Part shown: one piece after another, positions 1 to 8,772 of the stretch | Layout: each line of letters starts with the position of its first letter | Numbering within the stretch: position 1 is the first letter of the stretch | Assembly (NCBI GenBank): GCA_027491435.1 | Contig: JAOZFG010000036.1 | Location: 1 to 41,254 of the forward strand | Reading direction: 5' to 3' | From: Thermoproteota archaeon | GTDB lineage: Archaea; Korarchaeota; Korarchaeia; Korarchaeales; Korarchaeaceae | DNA: 41,254 bases | The notes under the pieces: generated by a model | What the model was told of the DNA's origin: nothing | The model's database searches: none | The model's input: the letters and a program-made list of their open reading frames with translations, nothing else | Position numbers and translations under genes: made by a program

Positions 1-239
1 ACTGTCTCGTCCACGACAGCCACTCCCTTGCTTTTAACAGCCATGATCTCGCTCATCCTGCCTAAACCTGTACCTTCCTTACCTTCATGGCCCCTAACGC
101 CTAGCAAGGCTAAGCTGGCTGACACGCCTGGCAGGCCCAAAAGTAAGCAGGGAGTGGGCTATACCAATAGGGTTCTCTTTCAGTTCCATATGACATCAGC
201 AACCCTGCTTATAACCATAGCCCTTAAGTTGACAGCACC
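1..239 (-). mobile_element. Decayed IS6-family element, left end (runs off window)
   Basis: Minus strand begins GGTGCTGTCAACTTAAGGG (239-221); its 16-nt core recurs at 26144-26159. Downstream broken frames read LLGLPGVSASLALLGVRGHE..(VRK) and KGVAVVDET, resembling the archaeal IS6 transposase HTH (xLGLS..SHEAVRKW) and first DDE Asp (AVDET). Confidence 0.65.
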
Positions 240-509
240 GTGGTTATAGAGTTCGTTGTGGTTGGATCACGTTTCAGAGCGAGGGAACTTTCAATATATA
301 CAGCCCTGACAAGGAAAAAGTAGATACAATTCATAGCCTTGAAACTCAGGATTTAGTGGACGTGTACCCTTTCTCAGACAACCCTTAAATTTATCGAGGA
401 GGCCGCCGGGCTAAGCGTGAGTGTGACTCAAATAGATAGGGAGAATAAGGGAGGTGGGGCTGAGTGTATAAGGGCAATTCCTATGAGACCGTGATGGAGG
501 GAAGAGAGG

Positions 510-1043
510 ATGGATGCCATAAGGCTCACGCTGGAACAGCTTAAGAGGTCGAAGGTTTTCTTAGCGATCCTATTCGCCCTGCCCATATTGGCCCTGCTTC
601 CGGGCTTCGACCTGAGCGCGCCCATATACCTCATAGTTTTAGAGGTGATGATAGCCTCTGTGATCTCTGTTCACGAGCTCCTGCACGTGAAGAAGGCTGA
701 GAAAATGGGCTATTCTGTTAAGGTTGAGGTGTTAGCCCTGGGGAACATCAGGTATGACCTGAAGGCCCCGCCTCATGTTATCAGAGAGGTAGCCAAGGCC
801 CCCTATTACAGCCCCACCCCGTACTTGCTGGAGCTGGTGTTCATAGCGCTGCTCCTGTTAATAGCGATAAACGCCAAGTTTCCTATGAAATACTTCCTGG
901 AGGGGATAACGGTCCTCCCTGTGATTCACCTAACATCTATGATCTGCGCCTACCTAACACTGGAGGGGCATAAATGCGAGAGGTTAGCTAAACTAGCCAG
1001 TTCTAAGGACTTGGAAGAGGCTAACCAGCCGCTCACAACTTGA
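510..1043 (+). CDS. Membrane protein with HExxH motif, putative zinc metalloprotease-like (DUF3267/M50-like)
   Basis: 177 aa, about 4 hydrophobic segments, VHELLH right after a TM helix, GGAGG RBS at 496-500. Confidence 0.65.
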   Translation: MDAIRLTLEQLKRSKVFLAILFALPILALLPGFDLSAPIYLIVLEVMIASVISVHELLHVKKAEKMGYSVKVEVLALGNIRYDLKAPPHVIREVAKAPYYSPTPYLLELVFIALLLLIAINAKFPMKYFLEGITVLPVIHLTSMICAYLTLEGHKCERLAKLASSKDLEEANQPLTT

Positions 1044-1049
1044 GAATCA

Positions 1050-1260
1050 TCTGCAACCTAATAATGCTTTATCTACCACAAAACTACTGAGGGGGAGGCT
1101 CCTTTTCATCTCTCAGGATTCACCTGAAGCTCTCGCTTTCAACCCTCTCAGTTAGTTGGGAATGCCTCTCACTAGCCCCTCTAACCGTCTTGGAGCCATC
1201 TTAAGGGTTCCTTACCTTCGTCTCGGAGGACTGTTACTGAGCGTTTAGGGCCTCACCACG
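1050..1260 (-). mobile_element. Probable internal fragment of decayed IS6 transposase
   Basis: Minus-strand fragments VTVL-ETKVR (1224-1210) and FVVDKA (1082-1065) match the order of the IS6 motifs VDETKVK and xVDKxPW. Frames are broken. Confidence 0.4.
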
Positions 1261-1325
1261 TGTCGATTCTCTTTTGTGTATCACGCTAAGAGAACCTTTT
1301 TTATAAGTTGGGAGTTCACGTCAGG

Positions 1326-1859
1326 ATGAAGCCGGAGATAATAGCCCTAGGCTCGCTCTTTGGCGCCCTTATAGGCTACCTGGCGAACAGGCTAGCTATA
1401 TGGATGCTCTTCCACCCCATAAAACCCGTTAAAATAGGCCCCTTAACCCTACAGGGAATCTTCCCTAAGAAGAAGGGGGAGATAGCCGAAAAACTGGCTT
1501 CAGTGATTTCCGAGACTGTGGTCACTAAGGAGGAGATAGCTGGCATGACTAAGGAGGCTGTGGAGAAGATGATAAGTTCCGTTAAACTTCCCTTCTCGGG
1601 GCCGGTCAGCTCCCTGGTGGAGGGAGTTGCCAAGTCTGTGATGCTCTCCTTAGCTCAGAAGTTCTTGAGTGAGGCCTCAGATCACATAGATGTGGCTGAA
1701 TACGTCAGGAGGAAGTTCGACGAGATAGACGACGAGGAGTTTGAGAGGATGTTCAAGGAGGCCATAGGCAATGAGCTCAAATACATATCCTTAAATGACG
1801 CCATGATTGGGGCGATCGTCGGGGCTCTAGAGGCCATGATAATGTCCCTAGTTCACTAA
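1326..1859 (+). CDS. DUF445 (YheB-like) membrane protein
   Basis: GALIGYLANRLAIWMLFHP..QGIFPKKK N-terminus and ELKYI..GAIVG C-terminus are typical of DUF445. ATG 1326 preferred over TTG 1308 because a TTTTTTATAA box lies just upstream. Confidence 0.85.
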   Translation: MKPEIIALGSLFGALIGYLANRLAIWMLFHPIKPVKIGPLTLQGIFPKKKGEIAEKLASVISETVVTKEEIAGMTKEAVEKMISSVKLPFSGPVSSLVEGVAKSVMLSLAQKFLSEASDHIDVAEYVRRKFDEIDDEEFERMFKEAIGNELKYISLNDAMIGAIVGALEAMIMSLVH

Positions 1860-1888
1860 CTGAAGGCGACGCATACTCTTAGGAAGGC

Positions 1889-2030
1889 GGCGCTGTCAAC
1901 CCAGTTGTTTAAACGGGGACGCTGATGCCATGAAGTGGGGGTCTTAGGTTAAAGAGGGTCCCTCTACCTCCTTCTAGGCCTCAGACATTCAGTCAGCCCA
2001 CCTTACTGGTCAGAGAGGGGCGTAGTAACA
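1889..2030 (+). mobile_element. Second decayed IS6 left end
   Basis: GGCGCTGTCAAC at 1889-1900, then GCTGATGCCAT, CTTCTAGGCCT and GTCAGCC, colinear with GCTGATGTCAT, CTTTTGGGCCT and GTCAGCC in the reverse complement of 1-239. Confidence 0.55.
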
Positions 2031-2100
2031 CATAGAGGCTGGTATGGGCCTAGACGTTAAAAAGGATGTTATGTACGAACTGGAAGGAGGGTGCAAACCT

Positions 2101-2622
2101 ATGAGAAGGCTCGCATATCACCTACTCCCAGTTATCGTGCCTTTAGCCTGCATAACAATTTCAATAGCCCTGTACCCAGACTTCTCCTTCATGAGAAACG
2201 CCTTGAGCGATCTAGGTCACGCTAAAAAGGCCACAGCCCTCATCTTCAACTTCGGCCTGGTAACTGGGGGCCTCTTGCTGGCCTTGAGGAGCCAACAGAT
2301 CAGGCTTAAGATGACATCCCGCTCGCTTACGCTCACCTCCTACTTCTTGACGCTAGTCGGAACCTTCGATGAAATTTACGGGAGGTTCCACTACATAGTT
2401 TCGGTTCTCTTTTTCCTCGGGCTGATACTGACATCCTTTACCTTCTCCTGGGAGAGTGGAAGGAAGTACCCAGCCGTTCTAGGGGTTCTCTCAACTCTAA
2501 CTTGGCTTCTACACTTCTCCGGCGTGAAGTGGGGCGTCGCCGTGCCCGAATCAATTTCAATAGCCTTAGCAGTCCCCTGGTACCTGGACTTGACCAACTA
2601 CTTAGAGAACTGCCAGGAATAA
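2101..2622 (+). CDS. DUF998-family membrane protein
   Basis: FSFMRNALSDLG, IFNFGL, LVGTFDE and HYIVS motifs; multiple TM helices. ATG 2101 is likelier than 2044. Confidence 0.8.
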   Translation: MRRLAYHLLPVIVPLACITISIALYPDFSFMRNALSDLGHAKKATALIFNFGLVTGGLLLALRSQQIRLKMTSRSLTLTSYFLTLVGTFDEIYGRFHYIVSVLFFLGLILTSFTFSWESGRKYPAVLGVLSTLTWLLHFSGVKWGVAVPESISIALAVPWYLDLTNYLENCQE

Positions 2623-3795
2623 GGGGACTTCCCCCTCACCCAAAACCCTCACGCCCTTGGGGTACCTTCTGTGGGGCTTCCCCGCCTTGACCTCCACCTT
2701 TAAACCGTTAGCTATAACGTCTATCTCATAAGAGTTCCTCCAGTAGTAGACTTCCCCATACTTCCTGTATACATGTTCTTGCACGACCCACTCGTACATG
2801 GCAGACTCTAGGAAATCGGTGGTGGCCCAAATGGAGAGGGATCTCGCTATGAATGGGTCCCTCACGAAGATCTTCCTCTCCTTCCTGAACTTAGGGGACT
2901 TCTCAAAGTATAGTGCCTGTCCCAGAACCATTAAAGCCTCTAGAAGCTCCACGTACTCCCTAACAGTTCTGTGCGACAGCGAGAGGTCTGAGGCCATGGA
3001 GTTAAAGGACGCTGGCGAGGGAGCAGTTGCTAGCACCCTGGAAATGACCCCCCTGGCTATGTCCAAGCTCCTGCCTGCCCTCAGCACTTCCCCAGTTATG
3101 GACCTTATCATGTGCTCTTCAGCCCTCGGATCCCCATTTATTGAGAGGGGGAAGCCTCCCACCTTCAGGTACTCCTTGAACAGCCCCCTTATTCTGGGGG
3201 CTTTGGGCAGCAGGGCGTCCTCGCTTCTCTCCGTTACTATAACACCCTTAACAGAGAGGAACTCCCTGAATGAAAGGGGAAGGGCTATGACCTCTTTCCC
3301 CTCGCCCATCCTACCTGGAAAGAGCTCTACTTCACCCTTGAGCCTCATAGATGAGGAGCCCGTCAGCACCAAGACGTCCCTTCTGAACACTCCAGCGTCC
3401 ACGTAGCCCTTAACTAATTTCCACCATCCCTGAACGCTTGTAACCTCGTCGAGAACTATAAGCGAGCTCTTTATTCCCTTATCCCTTCTCATCCTGAGGT
3501 AAGCGTCTAGCAGGGATTTGAAAGCCTCAAAGCTAGGGGCCAGATCCAGGTTTAGGTAGAGAACTGAGAGCGGGTCCCTGTGGTTCAATTCCTTCTCGAT
3601 TAGCAAGTGAAGGCCTGTGGTCTTCCCTACTAATCTGGGTCCCATGACCAGGTTGAGGGAAAAGGGCTTCAGGCTTATAGCTTTGAGCCAACCAGGCACC
3701 CACTTAAGCCTTTTGTTCTCCCACTCTTCGACGTAAGGGCTTCTGAGCCCCTCCCACCACGGATTTAATAAGGTCAGGGTGTCCTCCAAACTCAT
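2602..3795 (-). CDS. AAA+ ATPase, AAA_14 + DUF4143 type (COG1373)
   Basis: LNPWW start, Walker A GPRLVGKTT, Walker B IVLDE, TGSS, GGFP, and C-terminal EIDVI..VEVK nuclease-like motif. Start probably ATG 3795 (TATA at 3818-3827) rather than 3816. Confidence 0.9.
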   Translation of the reverse strand: MSLEDTLTLLNPWWEGLRSPYVEEWENKRLKWVPGWLKAISLKPFSLNLVMGPRLVGKTTGLHLLIEKELNHRDPLSVLYLNLDLAPSFEAFKSLLDAYLRMRRDKGIKSSLIVLDEVTSVQGWWKLVKGYVDAGVFRRDVLVLTGSSSMRLKGEVELFPGRMGEGKEVIALPLSFREFLSVKGVIVTERSEDALLPKAPRIRGLFKEYLKVGGFPLSINGDPRAEEHMIRSITGEVLRAGRSLDIARGVISRVLATAPSPASFNSMASDLSLSHRTVREYVELLEALMVLGQALYFEKSPKFRKERKIFVRDPFIARSLSIWATTDFLESAMYEWVVQEHVYRKYGEVYYWRNSYEIDVIANGLKVEVKAGKPHRRYPKGVRVLGEGEVPLFLAVL

Positions 3796-3827
3796 TGATA
3801 GTAAAAGTATCAACATGTATATAAAAA
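3795..3827 (-). promoter_or_regulatory. TATA box plus inverted-repeat operator candidate
   Basis: TTGATA-N7-TATCAA at 3795-3813 lies between the minus-strand TTTTTATATA (3827-3818) and the likely start codon. Confidence 0.55.
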
Positions 3828-3973
3828 GTGGGTAGTTCGGGTATCAAGAAGTGACGAACGCTTATCCTACAAGCGGGAACCACGTGCCCCTACACGTACG
3901 TTTCCCTTACAGTCGACACTGAACTGAAAAACGCTCCAGGTTAAGCATGGAGATCAGGATAACATCCAAAAAA

Positions 3974-4477
3974 TTAGGAGAGTAGTTTCTCTATTGCCTC
4001 CACGAACAGGGGCAGGTCCTTGGGATACCTGGAAGTGACCAGATTGCCGTCCACCACTACGGGCTCGTCAACCCACTTTGCGCCGGCGTTCTCAAGATCG
4101 TCTTTAATCTGTCTAGCGGAAGTTAGCTTCCTTCCCTTGACGACCTTGGCGGATATGAGAACCTGATGGCCGTGACATATGGCTGCGACCACCTTATTGG
4201 AGTCCATGAGGGACTTCACGAACTTCAGAGTGGGCTCGTCCAGCCTTAGCTTATCTGGGCTGAACCCCCCAGGGATTATGCAGGCGTCGAACTCCTCAGG
4301 CTTCAGGGACTCGGTGGGCACGTCCCTCTTCCACTTCCTGCACCCGTGTTTGCTTCCGAACTCCTCCAGGGGAGATGCCACCACCACTTCGTAGCCTTTA
4401 GCCCTGAAGTAGTACAGGGGATAGGTGAACTCGTCATCTTCGACCCTGTCAGTGACCAGGATGGCTATCCTCCTCAT
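3974..4477 (-). CDS. pfpI: PfpI/DJ-1 family intracellular protease/deglycase
   Basis: EDDE, IPGG.SPDKLR, AAICHG nucleophile elbow, VVVDGNLVTSR.P.DL. Real start is MRRIAILV at 4477; a T-run follows the stop. Confidence 0.92.
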   Translation of the reverse strand: MRRIAILVTDRVEDDEFTYPLYYFRAKGYEVVVASPLEEFGSKHGCRKWKRDVPTESLKPEEFDACIIPGGFSPDKLRLDEPTLKFVKSLMDSNKVVAAICHGHQVLISAKVVKGRKLTSARQIKDDLENAGAKWVDEPVVVDGNLVTSRYPKDLPLFVEAIEKLLS

Positions 4478-4554
4478 GGTCCCCCCGATTAGCTGTAACC
4501 CGAAAATTTTAGTTTGACGGGAAACCTTTTCATGGACTCCTTCCTCAATAGCCG

Positions 4555-5151
4555 ATGGAAGGCGACGAGGCCTGGGCCCCCGCAGTGAGAAGGCCTGAAG
4601 GCAAAGGAGTTTGGATGCCTTATAGGCTCTTGAGGACATCCTCCGGAGAGTACATGTTAAACGAGCACTTCCTACAATACGTTCAGGAGAGGAGGAATGT
4701 GGCAGCCTTAATTAGGCCTCCTCCCGAAGAGCTGGCTTTAGCGCCCAACGTGAATATGAGGGTGCTTGAAGGAAGCCCCCTGGACGATGAAGGCATTCAG
4801 GAGCTACTTCAGTCCATCTTAAATGAGGAGATGAGAGTCCTTAGGGGGATGCCCAAAACCAGGCCAGTCATAGAGCTGATAAAGATATTTAGGAAGAAGC
4901 TGGACGAAAGCGAGTATGTGAGGAGGGAGAGGAGGAAGAACGAGGCCAAGTGGGTGATCTGGATTCTAGGCAAGAGGATGAAGGTACATGAGGGCGTGAA
5001 ATGCCTGAAAAGGGTCTACATACCCATGGACCTGCTTGAAGACTCGCTCATAGACCTGAACAGGGGAGAGGAGGACAGGGCCCTTACCCTGCTCATGAGG
5101 AGCGACATCGGTATAAGGAAGAGGGTCAACGACATAATGGTGGGCCTGTGA
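4555..5151 (+). CDS. Hypothetical protein
   Basis: 198-aa ORF with host-like codon use; stop overlaps the next start (GTGA). Start may be ATG 4615 (AAGGAG upstream). Confidence 0.7.
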   Translation: MEGDEAWAPAVRRPEGKGVWMPYRLLRTSSGEYMLNEHFLQYVQERRNVAALIRPPPEELALAPNVNMRVLEGSPLDDEGIQELLQSILNEEMRVLRGMPKTRPVIELIKIFRKKLDESEYVRRERRKNEAKWVIWILGKRMKVHEGVKCLKRVYIPMDLLEDSLIDLNRGEEDRALTLLMRSDIGIRKRVNDIMVGL

Positions 5152-5981
5152 TGGAAGTAGTGGTGTTGGCTGAGGAACACGCATCAGGAAGGCTCTGGGC
5201 TCAACATGGTATTTCGTTTCTGCTCAAGGTTGAGAGGGGGGGCAAGGCTTACAAGGTGCTCTTCGACACTGGTACGAGTTGGGAGCCCATACAACATAAT
5301 CTGAGGCTGCTGAACGAGGACTTAAATGAGTTAACTGCAATAGTACTTTCCCATAGGCATTACGATCACACTGGAGGCCTTCTGGGGGCTTTAAAATCTG
5401 TAGGTAAGCCCGTACCGGTGATAGCCCACCCAGACATTTTCTCGGTGAACTTCGTCCTACCGATGAGGGAGATAGGCCTCCCCTACTCCAGAGAGGAGCT
5501 AAAAGAGGCGGGGGCTAGGTTCGTCTTAAGCAAAGATCCAGTGGAGGTAGTTCCGGGGGTCATTACCACAGGGGAGGTGCCCAGGGTTGATCCGGTGGAG
5601 AGAGAGATGACGTTGGAGGCCTACACGGTCAGGGACGGGAGGCTCGTTAGAGATCCGATGATGGACGACCTCTCCTTGGTGGTCAAGACTTCTGTTGGAG
5701 GGATCGTCCTCACGGGCTGCTCCCACGCTGGCGTCCTGAACATAGTCAGGAGGGCTAAACAGCTTGTCGGCGAGGTTTACGCCGTCATGGGAGGGTTCCA
5801 CCTGATAAGCGCTGACGACAACAGAATCGAGGCTACTGTCAGGGGTTTCAGAGAGTTAGGGGTTAAGAAGGTAATGACTGGCCATTGCACCGGCGTGAGG
5901 GCGGAGTGCGCCTTCCTCAGGGAGTACGGGGAAGACTTCGACCAGCTGGCCGTGGGGAAGAGGTATTCATTCCCCGACTAG
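5148..5981 (+). CDS. MBL-fold metallo-hydrolase, COG1237 (pterin-biosynthesis-associated family)
   Basis: HGISF, FDTG, SHRHYDHTGG, GCSHAG, GGFHL and GHCTG motifs. Confidence 0.9.
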   Translation: MMEVVVLAEEHASGRLWAQHGISFLLKVERGGKAYKVLFDTGTSWEPIQHNLRLLNEDLNELTAIVLSHRHYDHTGGLLGALKSVGKPVPVIAHPDIFSVNFVLPMREIGLPYSREELKEAGARFVLSKDPVEVVPGVITTGEVPRVDPVEREMTLEAYTVRDGRLVRDPMMDDLSLVVKTSVGGIVLTGCSHAGVLNIVRRAKQLVGEVYAVMGGFHLISADDNRIEATVRGFRELGVKKVMTGHCTGVRAECAFLREYGEDFDQLAVGKRYSFPD

Positions 5982-7052
5982 GCTGACCCGTCTCAGGGAA
6001 CCCTCCATCGCCTGCCTGAGGTCCTCCACCACTATCTCTGGATCCTCAAGCCCCACCGAAAGCCTCAATACGTTCTCTCCTATCAGCTTTGACGTTAGCT
6101 CCTTTGGAAGCGAGCTTGTAGAGCTGACAGGCTTTATCATGGACCTCGTAGCTCCTAGGCTGGGGGCAGGGATCACGTGCTTGAGGTTCCTGATGAGCTC
6201 CTCAGCCCTAACCTTGGGCTTGAAGGTCATGACGCCCCCGAACCCCTTGAAAATCCTCCTGGCCAACTCGTGCTGGGGATGGGATTCCAGGCCCGGGTAG
6301 GAGACCCACTCTACGAGCTCACACCCCTCCAAAAACCTCGCGACTCTTAAAGCGTTCTCAGAATGCCTTCGAACCCTAAGCTCCAGGGTTTGAAGACCTC
6401 TCATCACTAGATAAGCCCTGAAGGGGTCCAGAATCGTCCCGAGCTTCCTCCTCCACTCCCAGAGCTCCCCAAGGTTATAGCCTGTGACGACCCCGGCCAC
6501 CACGTCGTTGTGCCCTGATAAGTACTTGGTAGCGCTCTGAACTGAGAGCTCAGAGTAATAGGAGGGTCTAAGCAGTATTGGGGAGGCAAACGTGTTATCA
6601 AGGGCTAGGATGCATTCCCTCTCCTCACAAACGTCAGCCAAAGCTGGCAGGTCCGGCACCTTAAGCAGGGGGTTTGTCATGGTCTCCACGAAGACGACGC
6701 CTCCCCTGGGCGCCCTGTCCGGCAGCTCTTCAACGTGGGCCAGCTCAACTTCTAGGCCCATCTCTCTCAGGTCTAAGGCTAACCTTACCGTGGTCGGGTA
6801 GGACTCCAGCGCAACCAGCAGTTTCCGGGCCCAAATGAAGAGGGAGGAGATGGCTGCCATCCCGCTGTTGAACGCTAATCCATCAGGAAAGCCGTCAAGC
6901 TCGGCTACCCTTCTCTCCAGCTCTCTCACGGTAGGGTTCTCCTCCCTGGAGTACTTCAGGTCGAAGCCCCTATCGGATAGGCTCCTGTCCCCATCTGACA
7001 GGGGGTCCCTGAACGTGGCGGTCATGTAAATGGGGGGCTCAACAGGTAGCAT
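5967..7052 (-). CDS. metB: Cystathionine gamma-synthase/lyase family PLP enzyme
   Basis: YSREENPT, SGMAAI, ETMTNP, DNTFASP, SATKYLSGHND (PLP Lys), RLSVGLED. Confidence 0.88.
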   Translation of the reverse strand: MLPVEPPIYMTATFRDPLSDGDRSLSDRGFDLKYSREENPTVRELERRVAELDGFPDGLAFNSGMAAISSLFIWARKLLVALESYPTTVRLALDLREMGLEVELAHVEELPDRAPRGGVVFVETMTNPLLKVPDLPALADVCEERECILALDNTFASPILLRPSYYSELSVQSATKYLSGHNDVVAGVVTGYNLGELWEWRRKLGTILDPFRAYLVMRGLQTLELRVRRHSENALRVARFLEGCELVEWVSYPGLESHPQHELARRIFKGFGGVMTFKPKVRAEELIRNLKHVIPAPSLGATRSMIKPVSSTSSLPKELTSKLIGENVLRLSVGLEDPEIVVEDLRQAMEGSLRRVSLVGE

Positions 7053-7120
7053 GTGCCTTACCGAAGTTCAGGTTAATTAATTTCGGTGGTTACACATTCC
7101 AAAAGGAATAAGGTGGTGCT

Positions 7121-7945
7121 ATGCGGATAAGGAGGATGAAAAAAGAAGACCTAGAGGAAGTAGGGCCCATGTACGCAGAATTTTACACGTATCACAGGAG
7201 GCTCATGGGAAGCGATCAGACCTACTCCCCAGAATGGGGAGTTGAGGAAGTGAGTAAGGCTGAAGGCATCATCCTGGTAGCTGAAGACGACGAGTTACTG
7301 GGATTTGCCAGAGTTAAAGAAGATGAGAGGACTTACTTCCTCAAAGAGATTTACGTAAAGCCTGAGCACAGGGGCAAGGGGGTTGGGAAGGCCCTTCTTG
7401 AGGCTTGTGAGAGAGAGGCTAACGGAAACCTGTACTTGAGCGTCATTCCAGCTAATCTCAAGGCCCTAGACTTCTTCCTGAGGCAGGGTTACACCTTCCT
7501 GAACACCTTGGAGTTAACTAAGTATAAGGGTAAGGCCAAAGTGGTGACGTTGGGGAGGGTCTTCGAGGCCATAACCGAGGCTGGCTTCAATTTGAGGGGA
7601 GTGAACTTTGAGGTAGTGGAGGGCGAGTACTGCCTAGCTATTTGCGACGAGGTGCCCCCCAACTATCTTGCAGTGATAAAGGATGAAAGTATTACCGTTA
7701 TCACTAAGGGCAGGCCTTCATGTGAAACTAAAGATGTACACTGCGGCTATAGGGTGATAAAGTTTTCAAATCTACCCCTGGAAATGGTGGGGCTAATGGC
7801 CTTAATATCGAATGCTCTGGCCTCAGAGGGAATCTCTCTGCTGGCTCTGTCCTCCTACAGATCGGATTTCGTGATCGTTAAGGAAGAGTATTTGGACAGG
7901 GCTATATCATCCATAGAAAAGGTCCTTAAGGCCCTTAACAGCTAA
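7121..7945 (+). CDS. GNAT acetyltransferase fused to C-terminal ACT-like (ACT_7/CASTOR-type) domain
   Basis: YVKPEHRGKGVGKALL acetyl-CoA motif and ALDFFLRQGY; C-terminal VGLMALISNALASEGISLLALSSYRSDFVIV is ACT_7-like. Confidence 0.8.
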   Translation: MRIRRMKKEDLEEVGPMYAEFYTYHRRLMGSDQTYSPEWGVEEVSKAEGIILVAEDDELLGFARVKEDERTYFLKEIYVKPEHRGKGVGKALLEACEREANGNLYLSVIPANLKALDFFLRQGYTFLNTLELTKYKGKAKVVTLGRVFEAITEAGFNLRGVNFEVVEGEYCLAICDEVPPNYLAVIKDESITVITKGRPSCETKDVHCGYRVIKFSNLPLEMVGLMALISNALASEGISLLALSSYRSDFVIVKEEYLDRAISSIEKVLKALNS

Positions 7946-8090
7946 CTTAACTCTTAGGCTTCAATGACGGACTTAAAGACTCATTAATTTGGGAAGTCGA
8001 TGTGATTGCGCGCATTTAGTGCTTAAAACGTCCTTATCAACTTTATATCAAAAAGAAAGTTATGTGAAGCCCCCCGCAAGACTGGTGAGT

Positions 8091-8516
8091 TTAAGTTTTA
8101 GAGAGCCTCAACTCTATTTCCGGTTCCTTTACCTCTCTAAATACGGTCATGCTCACTATGTCTGAGACCATCAAGGCTAACACGTAAATCAGGGTTCCGT
8201 GAAGGCCGTAGGAGTAAAACAGGAAGGAGACTACTATGAATGAGAAGATCATGAGGGAAGCCCTTTCTCTGGCGTTCCTACCCACCCTGAGCATGTTCCT
8301 CAAAAGGTCGTATGACAGGGTGGCCACCACTAGGACCACGATGGCCGCGGCGATCAGGGTGAGGGCCGGGTTGAACCCCTGCCCCGCTGAATACCTCCCG
8401 TAATAGTACTCAGGGCCAGTCACCGCTGCCTGTTTGGGGGCCGTGACCATCAAGGAGAGGGCAAGCGTTAGCACCACTATGAGCTCTAAAGTCAGCCTAA
8501 CGTGGTCCCACTTCAT
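8091..8516 (-). CDS. Hypothetical membrane protein (about 4 TM)
   Basis: 141-aa ORF with hydrophobic helices and a GAGGGAG RBS. Confidence 0.7.
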   Translation of the reverse strand: MKWDHVRLTLELIVVLTLALSLMVTAPKQAAVTGPEYYYGRYSAGQGFNPALTLIAAAIVVLVVATLSYDLLRNMLRVGRNARERASLMIFSFIVVSFLFYSYGLHGTLIYVLALMVSDIVSMTVFREVKEPEIELRLSKT

Positions 8517-8772
8517 CGGCTCCCTCGTTAGAGTGTCATCGTCTATTTTTAAGGAAATCGCAAATAGAGGTTTCAGATTTCAGTAAATTATCTTAGTGTT
8601 AAGCTATTGACTTGATAATATATCTGGGAAAGGTCCATAATGAAGCCTCCTTCAACACATCCTAATCATTACGTCCGCTACACGTAAATTTAATTTTTAA
8701 TTAAATCTCATTCTACTGTTTATGTTACCCATTCATCAGTTAAATATTTAAAGAGCTGGGTCCGTAACACAT

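Noticed and set aside
28-249. 73-aa plus-strand ORF
   Set aside because: Antisense to the IS6 remnant; no recognisable motifs.
417-509. In-frame GTG ORF separated from the 510 gene by a single TGA (possible Sec or read-through)
   Set aside because: ATG 510 has its own GGAGG at good spacing, there is no redox motif context, and I saw no SECIS.
2798-3406. 202-aa antisense ORF, and similar shadows such as 9912-10292, 16191-16565, 28311-28778 and 31642-32115
   Set aside because: Lie inside or across well-supported genes on the opposite strand; their Ser/Pro/Leu-rich composition is typical of antisense frames.
3851-3926. C/D box sRNA (GTGACGA..CTGA)
   Set aside because: No convincing internal D'/C' boxes and the spacing is too long; kept only as a weak hairpin finding.
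4478-4639. N-terminal extension of PfpI in the ORF track
   Set aside because: Family homology starts at MRRIAILV, and the extension overlaps the divergent gene and promoter.
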